Below, piece by piece: positions 9,937 to 16,557 of a stretch of 16,557 bases of DNA. A program made the translations under genes and the position numbers. Source of the stretch: Ginkgo biloba (lineage: Eukaryota; Plantae; Ginkgophyta); NCBI GenBank assembly GCA_024626585.2, contig JANKJI020000004.1, positions 149,081,674 to 149,098,230 of the forward strand, read 5' to 3'. Each line of letters begins with the position of its first letter. The first letter of the stretch is position 1. The notes beneath the pieces were generated by a model that was not told the DNA's origin, ran no database searches, and saw only the letters and a list, made by a program, of their open reading frames with translations.

Positions 9937-10851
9937 NNNNNNNNNNNNNNNNNNNNNNNNNNNNNNNNNNNNNNNNNNNNNNNNNNNNNNNNNNNNNNNN
10001 NNNNNNNNNNNNNNNNNNNNNNNNNNNNNNNNNNNNCATAGGTATTTTGGGAGTTACATGCAATGCATGTAAGTTACTCCAACCTTCTTGTTTAAATGCC
10101 TCATTTATGAAATGAAGAAGTGGAAGATGGTGGTGCAACATTGCACACCATCCCTTCCTCCCAATTTTGTGTATTATGTATTGTAGTTTCTTGTTTACTT
10201 CATGGACGAGTATTAGTGTAAAATGTTTGTCATGCTATCGTAGTTGCTTGGGAGTGTGAATTTTAAGTTTAAGATGTTGTACTCTGTACCTTCAGGTTTT
10301 GTTGCTTGGACATGTCAAACATGGAGTAATGAGTCCTCATTTGATGGTAGGTAGTCTTTTGGTCGGCTAGGCAAACAACAATATGCACCAAATCTCAAAG
10401 ACCTTGTCTACGGACAACAAGTACATTCTAAGCAACGAAGCCCATCTATATCTAGGGGATTTTCTGATGCCAATGAGAGGTCATGCAATCACCATGGGGG
10501 AATCCAAAGGCGTACGTTAGAATCATTGGACAATGAAATGGGAAGCAAATAGAAAACAACAATCTTGTAAAAGGTTAGCCGACAAAAAATGACTCATAAA
10601 AGAGGCAAGAGAAATCTTGTTGAGGCTCTAAGGAAAACAAAGGAGGACACCCCTTATAGGAGTGAGAAATTGGAACAATGCTCACCTTCACACCAAAATA
10701 GGTGAAACCTTGAATCTAAATCCATTGGAGGATAAACAACCTCAAAACGAAGAAGATAGATTTAACGGTGCAAGATGTAAATTAATAGCTACAAAAGAGA
10801 CGTAGCAAAGCCTAGACCTCATCAACAAGTCATTGAGACCCCCTATTTTTT

Positions 10852-11184
10852 GAGATTAATACGAGTATGGTAAGAGCATTATATGAAACCTTGAGACCTA
10901 TGAATAATACCATTGTAGTGATAGAAGAGATCAAAGATGATTTGGAATCCCTCATTGGGATACAAAGTAGAAACATAATCATAAAACAAATGAGATGGTT
11001 TATGGAAAAGACAAATTTCATGTTCAAATCTATGTAAGAAAAGGTCATTCGAGATCATAACAAGTAGATATCTCAGCATAAGCAAAGACTTGACATCCAT
11101 GCATAGGAACACAGATTCTTGGTAAACAAAATGCTGAATTCAAATATTGAAATCTACCCAAATGGGCTACATGGCCATGGCTGA
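10852..11184 (+). pseudogene. Decayed helical/coiled-coil ORF of unknown family, probably retroelement-derived
   Basis: One frame reads EINTSMVRALYETLRPMNNTIVVIEEIKDDLESLIGIQSRNIIIKQMRWFMEKTNFMFKSM*EKVIRDHNK*ISQHKQRLDIHA*EHRFL... The stops (11035, 11065, 11104) are TAA/TAG, derivable from Gln codons. Confidence 0.35.
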
Positions 11185-11948
11185 AAATCTCCATAATGTG
11201 GGAGAAAACCCAAATGAGGCTTTCAAGCCAAAGGGCTTGAGAGTGAGATAGAGATCCATTCAGGCTCAATTGCATTTCATGAAGACTGCACTAGGGGACT
11301 TACTTCTCAAGAATACATTACATGCATGTCACATGGGACAGAGAATGGAATTGGTAAAATGCATGATTCCAAATATGGGTTGTTATATTTCCAAAAATTG
11401 GAAATATCATTACATGGACCCTACTTCAAATAAGAGTGAAATAAACATATGGTTCCATGTGTTACAAATTAAACCTTCTAGTGGATCAAATGATGGTCTT
11501 GATTAAACAAAGTTACCAACCACTAACCACGAATCATTGGCTTCCACAAGTCTTATACTATAAGAAAGNNNNNNNNNNNNNNNNNNNNNNNNNNNNNNNN
11601 NNNNNNNNNNNNNNNNNNNNNNNNNNNNNNNNNNNNNNNNNNNNNNNNNNNNNNNNNNNNNNNNNNNNCTTTCTTGTGCTCGTTTTAAAGTGCATTATGA
11701 GAGATATGACTTTCTTTCATTGATCATGGGATGAATCTGTACGGATTTGCCTCAAATTTACCCAAAAGTTGACTATTCTAAAAGTGATAGAAAATAAGTT
11801 ATGATCCAAAAATGGATCACATGTCCCCAGATCCTCACCAAAGTTCACCAATGAACAAAAAAACATATTTAATGGTAGTAATGACAATGATAACTTGATT
11901 AGTTACCATTTCAATAGCAATAGTGGTGACTAGGACACTTACCAAATG

Positions 11949-12080
11949 TCTTTAGTGGTAACATTAACAATTAGGATGGTAACCAAAATATCTTTAGCGG
12001 TAACCACAAGAAGTTGGTCAATTACAAGAACGTCTTTAGTGGTAACCAAAACTTGGGAAATTACTAGAATTTATTTAGGG
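11949..12080 (+). repeat. Degenerate 42-bp tandem repeat (3-4 copies)
   Basis: TCTTTAG(T/C)GGTAAC at 11949, 11991 and 12033 (exact 42-bp spacing), with weaker copies at 11866 and 12072. It encodes N(V/I)FSGN in one frame. Confidence 0.8.
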
Positions 12081-12104
12081 GCAAGGGGTGGGTGTGAGTG
12101 TTTA

Positions 12105-12266
12105 TCCTCCTACAATATTTTGAAGGATGTGCCTCTTGAAATTGGTCAATATCACACCAAACTATTGGAAGGGGGAAAATCGGTGTCCTCCTACAAGAGT
12201 TTGAAGGGTATACCTCATAAGATTGGTCAAGATCCCATCGAACTATTAGAAGGGGAAAAATTCATG
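12105..12266 (+). repeat. 81-bp (27-codon) tandem duplication
   Basis: 12105-12185 vs 12186-12266, 64/81 identical by hand count with no indels: SSYNILKDVPLEIGQYHTKLLEGGKSV / SSYKSLKGIPHKIGQDPIELLEGEKFM. Confidence 0.9.
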
Positions 12267-12913
12267 TGACAATTCCCTTACCGATAGAATCAGAAGGTAA
12301 AAGAACAAGAATAAGAGGCATTTGGAACATATTCCTCGTATAAGGAAGTTTTTGTATCCATGAGGGAAGAAGTGGCCTTCTCTGCTCAATATTTTGCTAC
12401 ACATTCATAATTAATTCAAACTACCTTTCAAAAAATGGAAGAAGCAAAGGTGACCATCGACAAGCTCGGTACAATGATGGATGAGGTTGATGACTCGACG
12501 ACATTAGCAGCTCAGTACCAGCAAGCTCAACAGGAATGCATCTAGACCAAGGGAGACACACACAAGTTCATTGGAGTGCTCAGTCATTACAAAGATCAAT
12601 TTGAATCAGCAGAGTAGAGGGTGGCAGCACAAGCACAACTCTACAAAGATAACCTCAAGAGGATGGAGGAAGAAATTAGCAAACCAACACCTGAAGGGAA
12701 AATCGTGGCAACTCTCACAAAAAATCATCTGAAAGTTGTGTCGAAGGTCACCAAAGAATGGTCTACTTTAGATGGAATTATCTGTCACCTTACTAGATGT
12801 TGTCAAGAAGCNNNNNNNNNNNNNNNNNNNNNNNNNNNNNNNNNNNNNNNNNNNNNNNNNNNNNNNNNNNNNNNNNNNNNNNNNNNNNNNNNNNNNNNNN
12901 NNNNNNNNNNNCA

Positions 12914-13204
12914 TTTAGAAATTTGTTAGGACACACCATGATCAACGAAGGTCTCTTGATCAATGGAACAAAACTAGCCCTAATTGTAGGGTAAACCATT
13001 TCAGAAGACACCAACTAGTTGAAAGGACCGTTAGAGCTAAATGGTTACTATTGAAAATTTATCAGGGGTTACATGTTTATATATGTCTCCTTAGAAGCAT
13101 TACTAAAAAAGGATGTTGAATGGGTATTGACTAATAAATAATAGAAAGCATTTAAAGAGTTGAAGAAAAAACTTTCCTGTGGACCTATTGCGTGCTTCCC
13201 TAAC
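12914..13204 (+). mobile_element. Degenerate Ty3/Gypsy reverse transcriptase C-terminus and connection region
   Basis: LLGHTMINEGLLINGTKLALIVG*...LKGPLELNGYY*KFIRGY...LEALLKKDVEWVLTNK**KAFKELKKKLSCGPIACFPN (cf. LLGHVV...GLLVDPAKI...GYYRKFIKGY...LLKKD..F.W...AF..LK..L..APIL.FPD). Confidence 0.9.
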
Positions 13205-13214
13205 NNNNNNNNNN

Positions 13215-13700
13215 AGTAGAAAGTCATCCATGCGACTATCCTAAGATTTCTTGACCTAGAACAAGATGTTCCATATCCACATGGATGCCTTACTATTTAC
13301 TATTGGCTCCAACTCACTCAACTTAGGGATGACACGACAATCATCCCATCCAATTTTCAAGTTGGAAACTTACTTCTACAGAGCAAAACTACACTCTAAT
13401 TGAGAGGGAAGGACTCAGAATGGCTTATGTCATACAAAACCCTCATCATTATTTATTGTTGCTTCAATTCTACTTTTACATACACCTACAAGTGTTGATG
13501 TATGTCATCAATAAATCATTGCTACAAATGAGTTAGTCATTGGATGTTACTATTTTAGGAGTTGACTTTTAAAAATCATTGTGAAACCTAAAATAACAAA
13601 TGTTTTTCTGACCAATTATTATGCATCATAGCCTAGAGAAGTAGCAAGTACTATCTCAGATGGTTTTCTTGATTTGTGACCTAATTTATTCAATTCAGAT
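13215..13700 (+). mobile_element. Degenerate Ty3/Gypsy RNase H (Athila-like lineage)
   Basis: With frameshifts: MFHIHMDA...NHPIQFSSWKLTSTEQNYTLIEREGLRMAYVIQNPHHYLL...YVINK...SHWMLLF*E...IIVKPK (cf. FHVHVDAS...HPIAFASRKLSxAEKNYTTTEREGLAMVYALQKFRHYLL...RWLLLFQEFDFEVIVKPG). Confidence 0.9.
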
Positions 13701-14076
13701 GGGTTATTTGAGAATAACTATCACACAACAACTATGTGGGTGTAACTAAATGGTTTGCACATGAAATAACAATGAAAACTAAGAAAATCTCAAAAGAGTG
13801 ATGCACATAGAATATCCATAACTTTATTATGTACACAATTGGTATTGCGTATAGAAATATGAAGCCATCTCCTCTAGCAGACTTCGGTTTTGTTGTATAG
13901 GTTGAGGCACTTTGCTTATCTGTGCTGTGCACTTTTGCATGCACAAATGTACCATAAAAAAAATGCTCCTCACATTCTCTATCTTCATTCTTATATTCAA
14001 AACATGAGTTTGAGGTGGTGACTAAACATAATCCCTGAGCTATTGGATTATACATGTTATATTATATTTAGTATAC

Positions 14077-14750
14077 TATGAGTAATCAACCATTATTCAT
14101 GCTATCAAGATATGAAAGAACTACTTGAAGAACAATGACTTTGAGGTGGTTACTAACCATAATCCATTTCTATCCTTTCTCCTAAGGTTGAATTGGGATG
14201 CAAACAACTAGTTGGGATATGATCTTTAAGGAGTATAGGCCTAGGTTGACCTATAGGGTGGGAAAGGAGAATATTGTGCCTGATACTTTGTTAAGGATGC
14301 CACAAGCAAACAATGTGACAATTGTACAAGGGTCTTTGAAAAGTAAGACCCAAGAGGCCCAACAACACGATAAATGATGCCAAGAGGTGAAGCAAACTTT
14401 GGATGATGAGTAGCATCTCTACAACATGGAGTTTAAGGTGGCATCCTTTGGTATGGAGATCATGTGGTTATCCTCAATGTTGTCTAATTGAAGTAAAAGA
14501 TTTGGTATGAGCTTCATGACAATCTGTTTGCAAGCCATGTGGATAGGGATGAGAGTTACTAACCCACCAAGATGTATGTTTAGTAGAAGAGCATGAAAAA
14601 GGAGATATCTAATAATGTGAAGACATGCGAGCTATGGCAAGTAAACAAGGAAGAAAGGGCACAACTAACATGGTTGTTGATGCCATTGCCCATTCCTGAG
14701 GGAGGGAAAATTCAAGAGCATTTCCATGGATTTTTGTGGCATCTCTACAA
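14077..14750 (+). mobile_element. Degenerate chromovirus-like Ty3/Gypsy RNase H C-half and integrase HHCC zinc-binding domain
   Basis: IIHAIKI*KNYLKNNDFEVVTNH...YRVGKENIVPDTLLR (cf. YxPGKxNxVADALSR) ... YELHDNLFASHVDRDESY...KSMKKEISNNVKTCELWQVNK...LLMPLPIPEG..KSISMDF (cf. HD...GH.G..KTY...WW.GMKKD...V..C..CQ..K...GLLQPLPIPE..WESISMDF). Confidence 0.9.
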
Positions 14751-15599
14751 AAAACATAACAACTACTGATATGAAAGAATAATTAACCTTGCTAAGTTAA
14801 TTATTATTCAATGAATATAATATTTTAATTATTCAATATTTTGTACGGTTGTGCAACTAAGGCCACATGATACACTTAGTTTGACAATCCAAGTTAATTG
14901 AATAATTAATTAGGATTAAAGGGTTAATTACTTATCTAATCCATATTTGGAAAGGGGTTGCACACTCTTTCTCAACCATCCATTTACATTAAGACGTATG
15001 AATGAGTTCACACACTTTAGCTACCAGAATTGATCATTATCATACATACACACTTATTTTTTTAGCATCCACATAGGATAAGTCATGTCATTAGTGATAG
15101 TGATAGTGATAGATTAAGTACATTCCTTTATTATATTTAGGAAAAATCTTAGTGGCTATATATAGCCAATTGGCTATTTTTTTACCAAAATTTTCAAAAA
15201 TTAGATTCACCAATAGGCCAAATTCCACTAAAATATTCACCATTTTTTTAATTTCTTAATGAAAAATATTATCTTCTTAGCCAAATTTAGCATAAATTAC
15301 TAGAAAAATATTTATTTTCCTAAAACATTCGCTTATGATATATATATTAATTACTTTATATGTTAANNNNNNNNNNNNNNNNNNNNNNNNNNNNNNNNNN
15401 NNNNNNNNNNNNNNNNNNNNNNNNNNNNNNNNNNNNNNNNNNNNNNNNNNNNNNNNNNNNNNNNNNTTGATAAGGTTTTGTAGTTTATTCTACATCTTGT
15501 AGGTCTAAATAACTAGGCAACACATTATCAAATCTTGAAAGAGATTTGCCAAGATCCTAGATAAATATTGGATGTACCTTTACCTAATCTAGTAGGTCT

Positions 15600-15850
15600 A
15601 ATATTTAACAACATAAATGGGTCATTTTAGATCTTCCTTTGTTATCTTATCCCTTTTGGTGGCCATTCATGCCACCATATGGTCATGCAGCCATTGATTT
15701 CAAAGCCCTTGTATAGACTTATGCCATTAGACCTCCTTGAGATGCAGTGGACTTCCTCTATAAGTGTCTTAAAGCTTTCCATATGTGTAAATAACTTCTT
15801 AGGATTTCTTGTTACTTCCACAACCCTTTGCATAGAGATTTTAGATTATA
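15600..15850 (-). mobile_element. Probable degenerate Ty3/Gypsy (Tat-like) gag capsid region
   Basis: ORF 15642..15833: THMESFKTLIEEVH...ISLYKGFE...MTIWWHEWPPKGIR resembles H+++F+.....V.......+LF..SL.G.A++W+..LPP.SI of Retrotrans_gag. A P/T/Q-rich decayed region lies upstream (16200-16480). Confidence 0.45.
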
Positions 15851-16557
15851 AATCTATGAATCAATACCTCAAAAGATAATATCTTAGGTTTTCCTTTCCT
15901 TCTTCTAGATCAAATGTACTAATTTTGTTGGGGTTATAACATATTTGTGTATATTGTTGATAGGCATGTGCATATACATGTGATTGATGTATGTCCATGA
16001 AACACTTATATGGCCTTTCACATCTAAATTATGTCTTTTTATTTCTATATAGACCTTTATGAAGTAAGTAACAAAGATTTTATTATTTTTATTGTGTTGT
16101 GATACTCAAACATAATTAAGTTTATTCTATTACAAACATCTATGGTAGCCATGAAATCACATAAATAATTATCTTCAGTAATGAATTCTTGACTAGTTAG
16201 TTGGCAAGGTTCATTTTTCTAGTTGAATGACTATTTTATTGTTTGGGTTGGATAATTGTATGATATTGCATGGTTGGAACCCTAGATTGTTCTTGATTGT
16301 TATAACATGGGCATAATAAATGAAGTGTCCCCAATATGATTATTGGTTCTAAAAGTCTCCAATAGGTTTGAGATAGGAGCATAAGTCTCTGCCATCTGGT
16401 AACTATGTGAAAGAGTAGATGTATAGTAAGTGTCTAGTGATGTTACAAGGAGTGAAGGAGCGGGAGTGAGGGCAATAGATTTTTAAAATTTTACGATTTG
16501 GGGATGCATCATAATCAGTTTTTATAAACATATATATCCTTTCATTCCCTTTATCCA

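Larger units (their letters stand above)
11862..12811 (+). pseudogene. Decayed ORF with Asn/Gly-rich 42-bp repeats, an 81-bp repeat and a coiled-coil-like C-terminal part; family unknown
   Basis: From 12105 one frame continues to the gap with six isolated stops (12267, 12285, 12312, 12408, 12543, 12615) and E/K/Q/A-rich helical composition. The upstream N/G-rich repeats are joined to it by inferred frameshifts. Confidence 0.5.
3165..15466. other. Assembly gaps
   Basis: 100-N runs at 3165-3264, 6178-6277, 9937-10036, 11569-11668, 12812-12911 and 15367-15466; 362 N at 7969-8330; 10 N at 13205-13214. Confidence 0.99.

Noticed and set aside
14778-15169. Short palindromes (AATAATTAAC..GTTAATTATT at 14778-14805; TGGCTATATATAGCCA at 15154-15169) as MITE or hAT termini
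   Set aside because: Expected by chance in very AT-rich DNA, and no paired TIRs or TSD were found.

Overview
Eukaryotic, AT-rich, repeat-dominated plant nuclear DNA. The retroelement proteins most resemble gymnosperm/conifer-type families, which is an inference from remembered motifs and not from a search. The window is a patchwork of seven short pieces separated by exactly-100-N spacers, plus one 362-N and one 10-N gap, so adjacency across gaps is unreliable. No intact gene was recognised. Most recognisable sequence is decayed LTR retrotransposon: an Athila-like Ty3/Gypsy gag-protease relic interrupted by an internally deleted Ty1/Copia element (3' LTR, PPT, integrase, RNase H tail, no RT), further Gypsy gag relics, a Gypsy RT-RNase H relic and a chromovirus-like RNase H-integrase relic. 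The stand-out item is an uninterrupted, apparently intron-less fragment of plant PARP1 (BRCT domain plus start of the WGR region, 3337-3648). It lies just upstream of a probable LTR that is inserted into another element's gag, making it a candidate retroelement-captured DNA-repair gene fragment. There are also two decayed coiled-coil ORFs of unknown family (one with 42-bp and 81-bp internal repeats) and a degenerate ~153-bp-period repeat. I see no CRISPR array, RNA gene or prokaryotic system.
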